Shown piece by piece: positions 38,601-51,077 of a stretch of DNA of 64,000 nucleotides. Position numbers and translations under genes: made by a program. The DNA is taken from assembly GCA_047495785.1 (NCBI GenBank), contig JBLDXI010000020.1:496001-560000 (forward strand), in the 5' to 3' direction. The notes under the pieces are model-generated. The model was not told the DNA's origin. It worked only from the letters and a program-made list of their open reading frames with translations, and did no database searches. This DNA is from Lepidodermella squamata. Its lineage: Eukaryota > Animalia > Gastrotricha. Numbering within the stretch: position 1 is the first letter of the stretch; the number at the start of each line of letters is the position of its first letter.

Positions 38601-41600
38601 GGCACGGCATGTGAAAATTCATTAGCTGAGACGTGTTCATTGATGACGAACAGCTTCGCTACGCTGTAGTCGTCAATGGCTGTTGGTCTAAAGTGAACCA
38701 CCTGTTCCGAAAGTTTGAGGGGAGGGTGAGCAGCTATTCCCTTGCACGGAATTTTGAACTCGCGCCCAGCCATTGTTTTACAGCAGAGTTCAAACTTGTA
38801 CTCGCCAGCTTTCGTTGGCAAAAAGACTACCTCAAGATTTAGCTCTTCTAGCGGCAATATGGTGCCGAAACCGTCAGCGGGCTGAACTTCGGCGTACTAA
38901 ATAAGAAGACACGATCTCAACTATTTGGTCTCTTCTTTACAAAAAAAATAACTCACCTCTGGCATGTTGAGGAAGGCGAATTCTTGTGGTAGTAGTGATT
39001 TACTTCGCATAGTCAACGGAACTCGAACTGCTTCATAAATTGTGCAACAGCCGAAGTCGATCGATTGCAAATCAAATTCGATGTCAGAATTTGTGACGAC
39101 TGCGCATATGTAGCACTCGATGGTTCTGGTCTAAAAACAAGGAAATCGAATTAGCATCGACGTATATTCTAAAATTCTGCAACTAAGATAACTAAGCCGC
39201 AATAAACACGTTCGAATTTCAGCACAAAAACAGCGAATCTGCGTGAAACTTGCTACACTTCTGTCTCTGATTTCCTTTAGGCCGATAACACAAATTCATA
39301 AAATCACAGCACGCCTACAGTCTCAAGCTTGGAAACATAACGCAAAGCAATTTTCTAACACTTCCAGTATTCAACTATAAAAATGTTACCTCTCGATCAT
39401 ACTTGGGATTAAGCGAAAAAGGGTTAGGGGTGAGCGGGATTAAAAGCTACTATAGTATGAAATTCATACCTGGTCTGCAACAACCACCGTCAGAGGGACC
39501 TCCAAAACGCCAGTAGATGGATCGTAATATTTTGTGCCAGTACACTCGAGGTCTTTCGGCAGAGTCAATTTCGGGAAGAACTTGACCTGAGCTGAAAATG
39601 CGCTTTCAGCCTGAATGTAGCCAGTATGAGGAAGAACGTCAAGATGATCTCGCAAGGCTGGAGGGATCGTGAAAGTCAACCGTAAAGCTGTTTTTGCTCT
39701 TCAAAAATACAAATCTTAGCTTAGGGAAAGGTTGAAAAGCAAGTATCACACCTGTTTCGCAAAATTATACTGTCTTGAAAAAGTCGATTGTAAGTACAGA
39801 TTCGCAAATCTACAGTTGTCCGCTCGAAATAAACGGGAACATCGCTGGCACTTCCGCGGACTATTATAGTAATCTGTTAAAAATATGCATTCCTTTAAAA
39901 TCGATACTCTCCTAATAGCGAAATTTACCGGTGGATTTTCAGGATGAGCGAAGGTAGCTACAAAATTAGCTGTGCATCTGCTCATGGGAATTTTCGGCTC
40001 CCATAGGATTTCACACTTGACCGAGCCGAATGGCGGGACGGTTCCCATAAACACATGCCCGTCTTCAGTTCTCAGGACATCGCTTGGAATAAGCTTGAAT
40101 TCTTCCTCCTCCTCAGCATTTCCACTGGATCCTTCGACATTTTCTTTTGCCACGGCCCCGCTGTTGTAGCCCTCGATTTTGAAATCTGTCGGCAGAGCGC
40201 CAGCGTTTGAAAATGTCACCGCTCTTTTGCTCGCACCATAGATGACCATTGTGCCGAAATCTACCGCCATCATCTCTCCAGCAGCAGCTTTTACCTCGTG
40301 AGACACGTATTCGTTTGTAGTTTCGGAGCAGGAAATCTAAAATGTTGGACTTCGGTAATATGGCCTTACCGTATAATTCTAGAACTTACAATGCATTTCT
40401 TAGTGCGAGCCTGGAATGGGACAGCGAATGCCCCGGTTGAAGCTAGGAAGCTTATTTCACCATCCAAATCGCAATTCAACTGTGGCGTGAAAGTCACGGT
40501 AAATTCGCAAGTCATGCCAGCCGAAATATGACCCGGAGGATTGAAACTGAATAGAAAGAAATAATGGTACAGCTCAATTGAATTTTTTCGACTTGAGGCT
40601 TCTCAATGCACTGAATTTCACTTAATTGAAGTACCGAGCTATTAACATGCCAAACTTACTCGATTTGGACAAAGTTTTTCAGCACCTCCGATAGATCGAC
40701 AAATTTGAGGGTATTGAGCGTGTAGGTAACGTTTGTCAACACAACCCGACGTTTGTAAGTCACGCCGATGTCAATGTCCTTGAAAAGGATAACTTTGGGC
40801 GTGCTATAAAATGGCGATTCTCCTTTGAACTCGCGGCCAGCTGCAATCTGACGCTGAACTGCGCCAGCGCGAAGCCTATCCATGCTTTTCTTTAGCATTT
40901 CCTAAAAGATAACCGGCAAAAAAGATAACCACTCGTAAATTGTCATCTTCGGAACCCACCTCTTCGAGCTTGCTCCGCTTGTTCAGCCCATTTTTCCCAT
41001 TTTTGTCAGCCTTTTTACCCGTCGCTTCAAGGCTATCTCGTTGAGCGGATCCTTCAGCTAACCACAAACCCTGAAATTCGGGAACAGCCAGTTCTTCCTC
41101 GTCATCGTCAATATAGACTTTTTGAGTCTCGGGTTTACGAATGTACAACTTCTGATCGGTTTCGGCGGACGGTGGCCGCCGAGGCAACTCGTCCTCTTCA
41201 TCACCAATCAAGTTAAAAATATCGTCTCCTTTGCGATGGGGCTGCAAAATTAGAGACATAATTAATGCGGCTTGGTACAACAAAAATCATACCTTGTTAG
41301 GACTCAAGCTCCGCGGCCGATTGACTTCCCTGGAGATAAGGCGAGTTCGCTGAGTTTCAAAAACGGGCCTCGCCGTTTGTAGGTCCAAGCTGGCTATCAT
41401 CTGGTTGACCACATTCAGAGGCTTCAATTTGACCTATTGCGATCATGTTTAGAAAAACATCTAAAAATTCATGTGAAAAAGCATACTTCATTTGGTACGA
41501 CTTGCTCTCTGAGCGGCCGAAAAAGATACGGCTGCCGTTCTTTGCGGCGCTCCATGCTGGTTTCCTCCTGAATCAATTTCGACGCAATCTCGACTTCTCG

Positions 41601-42876
41601 GATTCGGCTTTTCATGGCAATTTCACTGTAATAAATTATTCCGAACAGTAAATAAGGATCGGTTTAGCAACTACAACACCTACGCTTTGGCATCTTCAAG
41701 GGCTTTCAGTCGCTTCCGAACCAATAGCTGCTGGTCAGGGTGAAGACCTTGGCGCCTGAACTCTTCACGAAGAATTTTAATCTCAGCCTCGGTCGCAGCT
41801 TCGTTCGCTTTACGCCGCGCTTGGGATGCAGCTAATCCTTCCCTAAACAAAACATTCAAGGCTTCTAGAATGTAAATGAGAAACAAGAAATATTTACCTG
41901 TTTTTACGGATGTCCTCCTTCAGTTCCATAATTGCTGTTGTGCGGCGTTGAACCTCTTGCCGTCGAACCTGAGATTCCCGTTCTCGTTCGCGAGCTATTT
42001 TAGCTTCGAGCGACTCTCGGGCAGCAGCGGCACGTTGAAAAGCAACGTGAGCCGAATCTTGCCGGCGTTTGCTCTCTTCTGCCGCACGCTGAGCGCTGCG
42101 TTCCAATTTCCTATCATTATTCGAAAGATGCATCGATCATATCTCGCGCATGAAACTGGCTTACTTTTTCTTTGCTAGCTTTGAAGCTTCAGACAGAAAT
42201 ACCAGTTCATTTTCTCGTCTGATACGTTCTTCGGCCTCTTTTTCCTGAACAGTCTTCAAGTTGCCCTCAAGCTGCCGCAATTCGGCATCAACGAGCTGCA
42301 TTCGACCCTGTTGTACCTCTGCAATGGCCAAATCATACTCAGCTTGCCGTAGTTGCGTTCTAATTTGAGCTTCCAGTTCCGACTCAGTTGCCAGCTCTTT
42401 TAAAACGCGCTTCATTTCAGATTGCAGCCTGCCGGTTGCTGCAACGTTCGCTTTGTTTTCATCGAGTTGTTTCTCAATGCGATGCTTCTCCCTCTCCAGA
42501 AAACGTTGGCGATCGCGACAACAGTCAAGTTCATCTCTTCGACGTTGTACGTTATCTTGATTTCCAACATAGTCTTTATTTATTTGACCCAAGAAGGAGC
42601 GCAACTGAAACATCTCGGATTGTTCTCGGACTGTGAAGCTTCTCTGCTTGCCAGCACTTGGACTATGAATTATTTAAAATGATTCCCATTAAGGCAACAT
42701 TTCGTTGATATAACCTACCTTCGCTTTTCAGCGACTGAAGCTGCTTTCTCTTCAATCGTCATAGGTTTGTCGATCAGGTCAGCGTAATCCCCGTCACTGA
42801 GGTCATCTATGTCGTTTGGTCCATAATCTTCAAGGGCGGCAGAAGGCAACTCTGCATCGTATTCTTCCTCTTCCAT
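35646..42876 (-). CDS. CFAP74: Cilia- and flagella-associated protein 74
   Basis: About 20 exons joined in frame from ATG 42876 to TGA 35646. N-terminal coiled coil, then Ig-like/ASH-type repeats: PEFQGLW, QIAAGREFKG, FNPPGHISAGMTCEFTVTFTP, PHTGYIQAESAFSAQVKFFP, VQPADGFGTILPLE, HAVPRIG..PVGPTSF. Confidence 0.9.
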
Positions 42877-42886
42877 TTTTAAGACA

Positions 42887-42945
42887 CTAAGATAAATTAA
42901 AGTGTTTTAAAGCTAAGCACTGCGCTCAATAAAAAAGCGTTTATT
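42887..42945 (-). promoter_or_regulatory. FSIP1 polyA signal followed by an unpaired 3' splice acceptor upstream of CFAP74
   Basis: AATAAA at 42945-42940, T-rich spacer, then ttaatttatctTAG at 42889-42887, 10 nt before the CFAP74 ATG. No consensus donor lies in between. Confidence 0.6.
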
Positions 42946-42965
42946 CAGATTGTTTGCAAATTCAA

Positions 42966-45292
42966 TCATTTATTTGACGACGACCGAGAAGAGAAAGAGG
43001 TACCATCCAAACGTAGATCGGATAAATCTCTATCGATCGTCGAAGAACTACTTTTCCTCGACTCGGCTGAATTTCTTGAAGCCGCTTCAGATTTTGTTGT
43101 AGACCGACGACGAGCGTTGAGAGGTGGTAAAGTCGGCGAAGAGCAATTTTGATAATTTTTGGGCTCCTTGTACAAGTCGTTAAGATTAGGCCTATCTGAG
43201 AGACTTGGGGTCGGAGTTACACTTTCGACTTCTGCAGATTCTCTTATTTCATTAAGTTTGCCAGAAAAATTGCGAGGTTGAAGTGACGACGCCGTAATAT
43301 TGGCAGGTTCTTTTTCAGTCGTTTCCGAGGCTGAGATTACTGGCTCATTCGGAACTGCATCAGGTAGAGATCGAAGGAAAGCAGGAGGATACTCCAAATG
43401 CGCTTCAACTTCACGCAGGAAAGACCAAGTCTCATTGTCATAAAACTGATTCATTGAGCTTCCGTTAGTTAAATCGTCATAATTATACTGAGGTGGCTGA
43501 ATCGAAATTAATCCCAACTCTTGTTTTGCTTGATCTAACAACTTCTGCAGTGTTGCTTCTGGCAATCGCGAGGCCGATGCAATCACTTCGTCGTATGTCA
43601 TTACAGAGGAACCGTCGTCGATATCATTTTCTGATAGAACCGAAACACACTGACTGACAAGAGCTTGAACTTCGCTAGGAGCTAGTTTTGGAATCTCAGC
43701 CTCGACTGGATACAGATTGTTGCCTTTCATATCAGCCAATTGCTCGTCGATGCTCTCGAGTCGAGTGTTTAGTTCCCGAGTTTCACGCACCTCCATCAAC
43801 GCTTTTTCGCCGAGATAAGATTGACCACTAGCTTCGGCTGTACGTGGCGATATAGGATCCTCCATAATTATAGCCAGTGCATATTCATCGGATCTGTCTT
43901 CTTGTAATACTGATAGCCTGGAAGAATTGTGAGCAGCGCCCGATATGGGCAGTGAATGCGAGCTGCTTGTCGCCCTGAACGAATCAATGGAGCCAGTTGA
44001 ACTGTCTTTTCGAGAGCGAGAAGTATAACGGCTGACGTCTAGCTGTCGAGATCCCAAAGAGCGAAGACGACTATCGATGGCGCTTAACCGCTCAACCGCT
44101 GTGTCGTCAGGTTTATACCCTTCGCTGAGCATCGAGGATATGTTTGATGACCTCGAACTTGAAACTTCATGATTTTTTGGTACTAGCGCAGTTTCAGACT
44201 GAAGAGAATTCTCTGCTGTGTGTTCTCCTTCTTCCTCTAGATCGGCTAACAATTCCGAAAGTCGCTGTTTCTCGCTACTTGTCATCGGGACATTACTTGC
44301 TGCGTCTTGGGCCAGCTGTAATAAAAGAAAACATTAATAAGACATTCACAACTGAGCATGAACCGAGTAAATCTAACCTGGATATTTCTTGCTATGAAAT
44401 TTTTGTTCGATTTCTTCTTAGATGACACATTAGCACCTCCGTTCGATATGCTTTTCGACACAAAAGCTTCTTTAGTCTTACCGATAGATCGTTTCGCTGT
44501 CATTCCTCCTGACTTGCTCGCGCTATGAACATCTGGTGAATTGGTTTCACTGACGCTACTACGCGCAGTAGCGTAGTCAGATGATGAAGAGCAAGATGCC
44601 GGGTTCCTATTACGGTCATCTGTGTGGGTAATGGAAGCTCCAACTTTTGATTTTGTGAAATGAATATCATTAAGCTCAGTGGTGAACACTGGTACAACAT
44701 CACTCTGTGCATCAGATGAATCATCGCTGGCTTCGCTACCATCAGATAATGTTTCGCTTCCAGAGATTTCGCCTGCTTCAAGCTCCAATGTGACTTTGCG
44801 ATTCTTTTTCTTTTTCGGTGGTAAATCAATGGACAAAAACTTCGAAGTGTTTGCTTGCACAGTCGAGCAGTTGTTAGCACTCTTGGGATAATCAATAGCC
44901 AGCTGTTCAATTTCCTTGGCCATATTAGCTTCAAATATCAGCCGAGATCGTTTCGCCTCAATTTCAACCTTCGAAAGTCGCTTTAGATGGCGATCTAGTT
45001 TCTTTATGGTCAAATAACCATCTCGTACTTGCAACTCAGCATCCTGCGTTGATTCGCTAGCAACGTCGCTCAAAATCTGTCGATTGCTTAGTTCGAGCTT
45101 AGAAAGAATTTCTTCCAACCCTTGGGAATTGTGCAACATGTCGGCAATGCTCTCATCATCGTCATCATTGTCGTCTTTTACGACATTCACCTGGTCGTCA
45201 GTTTCATCCGCGTTTTCCTCCGACCCAACGAGATCATCACGATCCTCGCTATAATTGGATAAAGTTTCAACATCGGCGCTAGTCTGAATCAT
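42966..45292 (-). CDS. FSIP1: Fibrous sheath-interacting protein 1
   Basis: Exons 45292-44378 and 44315-42966. IKKLDRHL, NTSKFLS, PVFTTE, the junction NFIARNIQ|LAQDA..MTSSEKQRLSELLADLEE, EGY..LSAIDSRL and GEKALME..LESIDEQL match the FSIP1 motif order. Confidence 0.85.
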
Positions 45293-45949
45293 CTAAAAAC
45301 AATGGCAATTATTTTAGACTAGTTGTATGATACCCCTAAATGTATGACGACACAGCTGCAAGGAACTTTATGTCTCAAACGAGAGAGAATCAGGGAGAGA
45401 CAAAGCTGTATAAATAGTAACAGCTGCAAGCTACTGGATCCAAAGCGTAGGTATATAGCGTATAGTATTTAGCTACGCACATGAAATGCCTATATTGTAA
45501 CTGGTCTCAAAAGAAGGTACAAAAAGGCGGTTGATCTACTGAGGCAGCCAAGATACAACCATTGATCACATTGACAATCCAGAGTTTATTAGAAGGGTGT
45601 GAGTAACCAAGTTAACAAAACAACCGTTGCCGATTGACACGGCACTCTTCGATATACTCCAATTCCATAGGTAAAGCCACCCCATATAGCTGTTCGAGGG
45701 CCGCAGGCGCAGGGCGTCCCACAAGCGCACAGGCATGTACACGATACCATGGCAACTTTTTATTTTTATTATCAATTTGGTAATAATATACAAAATTATA
45801 AATATATCAATTTGTTTAAACATAGCTTGAGCAAATAAATTGTCGCAGGTTTTTGCACGGAAAAATCCAATCGCCCGATCGTGGCGCAGCATAAGGTCAT
45901 AACTCATTTCCCCTACCGCAAAAGGGCTCGTTAAATTGATTTTTAGCGA

Positions 45950-47301
45950 AATCAGCTAGAAAGATCCTTTCATGTTATTCCTATCGATATACAGAAGATA
46001 CGCGGGCCCCAGACCTTTCTTGATGGCTGACAAAGTTACGTCAACTTTTGTCAACTTGTCATTTTTCGATGAGCGCCCGTCAACTGCTTTTCGGCTGTAA
46101 TGGTGCATCTGGAGCACATCTGGCATTGTGAATATTGATGCTTACGAGCCATATTCAAGCCCGAACCAGCTCTGCAATAGTTGCTCGTCGCTGAACGCGA
46201 CATTACGTTCATTCAATGCTCTGCTGACACTGCGTGATGTTTACACCCTAACCATTCAATCTGTGTAAGTGTTGAATTCCTGTGCTTCTGTTCAACTGAG
46301 AGCCATATAGACATCGCAAACGACCGAAGTTGTTGGGAAATTCTCATAAGATATTTCGGGTTTGTTTAAGTAATAGTCCGATTTAATACCCTCTCAACCT
46401 TTATTGCAACGAGTATACATAGTTTCAAGCCACGTCAAGTGAACTTAATGTCGGCGGTTTCCTGGTTGATTAAGTCAGATTTTAGTTTTGCAGAGAAAGG
46501 AAGCCTGCCCTTTTAAGCAGTTACAATAAAAAACAAATCAGTTGCTCTGAAGTGATCGAATTGGTATTATAGACTAGAATTAATGTTGTTCAAATTTCGG
46601 TTTGCTTGCATTCCCGAAATGATTTCAGCTTGACCATTGACCATTGATCTCTCCAGCCGAGTCCAGGAAATCTCCTGCTAAGGTAGATAGGAGAAGCAAT
46701 TGCTTGAGGCAGCTGCTCTTGTTGAACGAATTGCTGAGGCTGAACAAACTGGGCTGGCTGAGCATACTTCCGATGCTGAGGGATTCCGGCGTGTAGGTCG
46801 TACTGCGGAGGCTCAGCGGAGGCTGCAGAGGTTGCGCGTAAAAGCAAGTAAGCTTGCCGTCAATATATGCCGAAGCTGGTAGTTGCTGCTGAACAGGCTG
46901 GTTGAAGGTTGAAGGTCATCTGCGCGCGGTTAAGCGACAGGCAGCTGAACAGCTTGATGTTTAATGAATGCTGCGCTCTTGAAAAGAATTTCGTCGGTAA
47001 ATCAGCCACGCCATCTCCTATCTTTCCAGTGAGGCCCGATGACAGCGTCTTCAGCTTCAGCTTGATGTTATCCGTAACTCCGAGTTCAGGCATGCGCGCT
47101 ACCACCGGCGACAGCCTCACCGGACCTGGTCCGCTGGGCAGAAGCGCGAACGGACAGAGCGATTAGCAGCGGCGGCTCGAGCAAACGGTCGTGGCGAAAG
47201 CGGATTTTATGGAGGGCGTTGGTGATACTCGGAGCAACACAGTCAAGCTTCATCGTAGCCGAACTAGCATTGAAAGCGGTGTCTCCAATAGGGCTGGTCA
47301 T
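45950..47301 (-). pseudogene. Decayed coding-like sequence of unknown origin (pseudogene or mobile-element remnant)
   Basis: Chain of overlapping or adjacent short minus-strand frames (47301-47086, 47120-46860, 46847-46590, about 46225-45956) broken by stops and frameshifts, with a Gln-rich repeat and a PPQY motif. No clear splice path. Confidence 0.3.
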
Positions 47302-48142
47302 AGATTTTCAGAATCCCGTCAAAGGTTTTATTATTTAAAGCATCAAAATAATCTATACATAGGGTGAGTAATGTTCCTTTGATGTTCATTTTGAGCAAAA
47401 TGCTGTTAATTAATTTCAAAGTTGATAAGCTTGGCTCTTGGTTCCCAATTAAGATAAATAATAGAAAGGTAGTCCCTTGGGATTGGCATTGGCCTCTCAG
47501 AATCCGTTTTCAAAGAAAGCTTTCAAAAACATCGAGGCCAGCTTAAGTTGTTCATAAATAAAGGATACAATTTCGTTAAGTCGTCGTGTTGCATTTGAAA
47601 GAAGCCGGTTTATCAGGGGAACATCATGTAAATGTTATTCAATTATTATTAATAAGGTACTGGCTGGCTCCTTTTAAACGAAATCGGCAAGTCAGATAGT
47701 TTCTGGCGCAGTTTGCCCGTTCTCAATAGAGAGATCAACAAAAGAAGTCGCAGTTCACAAAAGATCCTACTATCCGATACATCTCGAACAAGTTGTTTAT
47801 TCTGCTCGGGCTAATTTATCGTGAGCGGGTTTGTAATTAAGATGGATAGCTTTGAACAAGTTTCTTCTTACTCCGAAGAGAGCTTGTGAGAAAGGGCAAC
47901 AATGTTAAGTTTTCTAAACGCAAAGTCCTGCTTCTCGAAGCACTTCGAAACGTTGTAAATTCTTATTAGCCAAGGCACGGGTTCGAATTAAAGCCCATTA
48001 ACTCTTGTGGAAACAATGCGTCACACATTTCATTGCGGGATTCCTGGTCCGCTGGGTCCGGTAGATATTAGATATTCAGCATTGTTTACGCGCGATAAGC
48101 TACGACAACCTATTTTAAAACTCCTAATGGTGTTTGATACTA

Positions 48143-48578
48143 CCGTATTTTACGAGTTATAAGACCCTGCCCTGTATTTTTTTCAAACGAGGTTCAAGTC
48201 CTGCCCTGCATTTAGGGTCTGCCCTTTATTTTTCGAACCTAATCAGTCACCTGAAGAGTACCTAGATCAACAGTTAAATCCGCCGAATAACCACTGTAGC
48301 TACTGCCTTCCACCTGTGACCTGTGACTACACGCGTAAAGTGTTTGCTCAAGAGGATTAATGTGGATAAAGGGCGATTTGTGCACTTACTGACGAAAAAT
48401 CTCAACCTATCCAACTCTAACCACTCACCCAGCAGGCGCTCATCTAAGCCACTTCATACAAGGCCCTGCCTATTAATACGGTTCTGCCCTTTATTGTTCA
48501 AATGACCATTACCCCCTCTGCCCTTTATTCCGGTTCAGCCCTATAATTGGGTCCTGCCTAATAATTCGTAAAATACGG
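48143..48578. mobile_element. Non-autonomous Tc1/mariner-superfamily (Tc2/pogo-like) MITE
   Basis: TIR CCGTATTTTACGA(G/A)TTAT at both ends, TA at 48141-48142 and 48579-48580, and about 8 subterminal CTGCCCT(T/G)TATT-like repeats. Confidence 0.9.
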
Positions 48579-48590
48579 TATTTATAACGG

Positions 48591-48647
48591 CCCCTTAGAG
48601 ACCTTAGAGAGAGCCTTGGAGCCTTGGAGCCTGGGAGCCTTAAAGCC
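48591..48647 (+). repeat. Short degenerate tandem repeat (GCCTTGGA-like 8-mer)
   Basis: ccttagag accttagag agagccttgga gccttgga gcctggga gccttaaa gcc, directly beside the MITE. Confidence 0.7.
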
Positions 48648-51001
48648 GTAGATGCCAGCAGGGTTTATCTTTGATTTTTGGCACCGTATTTAATAAAGGA
48701 TCCATCATCAATACCGGAAAAGTCTCTAATGGCGTTTCATTGTAGCGCCCATAAATTTATCAAGAACGAGGCTAGTCATCAAAATCGATAACAAAAACGT
48801 AAAGGTTTGACCAAGTTACCTCTGAAGAAGTTTCCACTTGAGAAAAGTGTTGCCAAACGTAATCCTATCCTACTTCGCGAATTACTTCGAAAGGCCGTTG
48901 GTTAAAAGGTTTATTAGTCAAGGCACGGCGGGTTTTAATTTAGCGCGTCGATTGAAAAGCGATTGAAAAGCGGATGATCCCAGGTAGGCTGGTCATCATC
49001 CATCATGAGAAAGAAGAACGCTTTCAATATAATTTCAACTATGAGTTAAGTTTTCAGATCAAAGGATCCAGCATCCAGCCAGGTCACGGCTCAGCACAAT
49101 CATTTCCTGAGTCATCGTCAGACTAAAATCTCGACAAAATTCATTAAATGCTAGAATTACATAGTTGCCATTAATTGTTTCCGATACTTCAGCCAGAAAA
49201 TGTAGCGGAAGAACCTTGGAGCTTGGGAAGATGTTTTGACTTGGGAAAATAAGTTCCCCCAAACTTATAATACTCTGCTTCGCGAAGTACTTCGAAAGCC
49301 CGTTAGTTAAAAGGCTTATTTTTTAACAAGGGCACACGAGTTGATTAAGCTCATTGATTAAAAAGCGTAGCCATTCCCGGGATGATCCCAGGCATAGAGG
49401 GTCATCATGTCTAAGAATCAGCTGAACGTTGCTATCTAAGATATTGCAGCTGAGTAAAGTTTTTCGGATATAAGGAGGATTCCCGATACTTTAAGGGCAT
49501 AGACTGAAGTTTCCATGTTCTCTGGAATAGAGGATTCAACTTCGTGAGGTTCTTCGGATAAGTTCTTCGTGTCTTAAAACTAGCCAAGTCCCGGCTTCGT
49601 AATTAAGATCGATAAATGAAATGCTTAGCCACTCCAATAAAAAGATGCTCAAGGTCTCTCATACTCTGAAGGTAGTTTCCCCAGGTTTCCCACGGTAAAG
49701 GCTTTCAAAAAAATCGGGACCAACTAAAGGTTTTGAATGCTCGCAGCTCGCAATCGAGAATCTGCTGACCTCCTCAATGTAAGACTCTTGGAATCTGAGT
49801 CAAATATTCCTAAATATATTAAAGCAAACTATAAGGCTTTCCTAGTTGGATAAGCAGTCAGTTCTCTAGTTGGAAAGATTCTTAACTTGATTACGTAGCC
49901 TATCTAGTTAGGAATACCTTGAACCCCGAAATAAGAGGCAGAGCCGAAATACTCCCTCGATATAAGTGCCCTGGTTAAAGGCACGTTCCCTTATCTAGGG
50001 CTGTTTACGATCGAAAAGGATTAACGCCCCTGGCGGTGCCAATTTTCGTCATTTTCGTACCAAATGTTCGGCGAACAAAATAGATGACTGATTCATGTCG
50101 CCAAAGCCCCACGGAAACGTCGCAGAATCAAGATTTTCGTCATTTATCGGCAAGCTAAACTAAGGGCCATTACGCTAAGCGCGTGGTAAGCTGTAAGCTG
50201 AGCTTTCCACTGGTACCTATTACGCAGGTCAACGATAACAACTCAATAATATAGCAAGTTGCAAGTTGGGAATTCACTATAATGCGATTCAAGTTGAACT
50301 AATCATGTTCTTTGGAACCGAAACCGATGAAATCAATCGTTTCACGCAGGTAAAAGCGATCGAGACGAAGTGGGGTGACTTGGCCGCATGACTATTTCGC
50401 TCGAGAACCGTGACACGGAATGACACGGAAACCGTCGATTCCCGCAACAGGTGTCATTTGAAAGCGGTCATCGAGAGGAATCTGTTGGTGAAAACTCGGT
50501 TGCCCTAAGGTCCGAAAATTCCGAGATATTAAGGCTTAAAATATCGAGACCTAAAATCGATTAGCTGGTAATGCCAATTTATTCAAAAGGAAGACTACTT
50601 CTCGAATTCGGAAAAATGTACGCAGTAGCATAGGTGCCAAGTAATGTTCCCGTCAAATAAACTTCGGAGAAAATCTACCTCTTGCTGAAATATCTGTGAA
50701 GTGCTTTAAGTCTAGAGGATGCAATTTTGCTAGTTTTTTCGAAAATTCACTTGAGAATAAGCGCAGCTGAAAAATTCTTTGGAGGAAAGGAAAGTAGACT
50801 ACCGTCGTTTGGGGCGAGTTGGGCAGTGAAAAAAAATTACCCCCTGATTTTATTGCATATTTACACGTTTCCAAGGGTCCTGATTCCGAAAATTCATGTA
50901 TCTCAATTCGCCCCAGGTTTGGGGCTAATTGGGCAGGTGGCTTGGGGCGAATTGGGCAGCTTAATCTTTATAAATGAATGATGAAAGAAATAGTTTGAGA
51001 T

Positions 51002-51077
51002 TGTTGAGTGGTCGAGTGGATATGATGCGCCGCATGTCTGTGGCGGATGATGGTTCTACTCCGGTGGCAACATTTTT
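51002..51077 (+). other. tRNA-derived Pol III cassette (A box, B box, T-run); not a functional tRNA
   Basis: A box TGGTCGAGTGG at 51009-51019, B box GGTTCTACTCC at 51052-51062, TGTTG/CAACA outer stem, central hairpin CGCCGCA-TGTC-TGTGGCG, then TTTTT. Confidence 0.55.

Larger units (their letters stand above)
47750..49700. repeat. Diverged tandem-like repeat, at least 3 copies of a roughly 400-500 bp unit
   Basis: Shared block CT(G/A)CTT..CGAA..ACTTCGAAA...TTATT...CAAGG(G)CAC near 47930, 48870 and 49275; GATGATCCCAGG...GGTCATCAT near 48973 and 49381. Confidence 0.7.

Noticed and set aside
48160-48565. Regularly recurring short repeats superficially like a CRISPR array
   Set aside because: They are subterminal repeats of a TIR element in a eukaryotic genome; no uniform spacers or cas genes.
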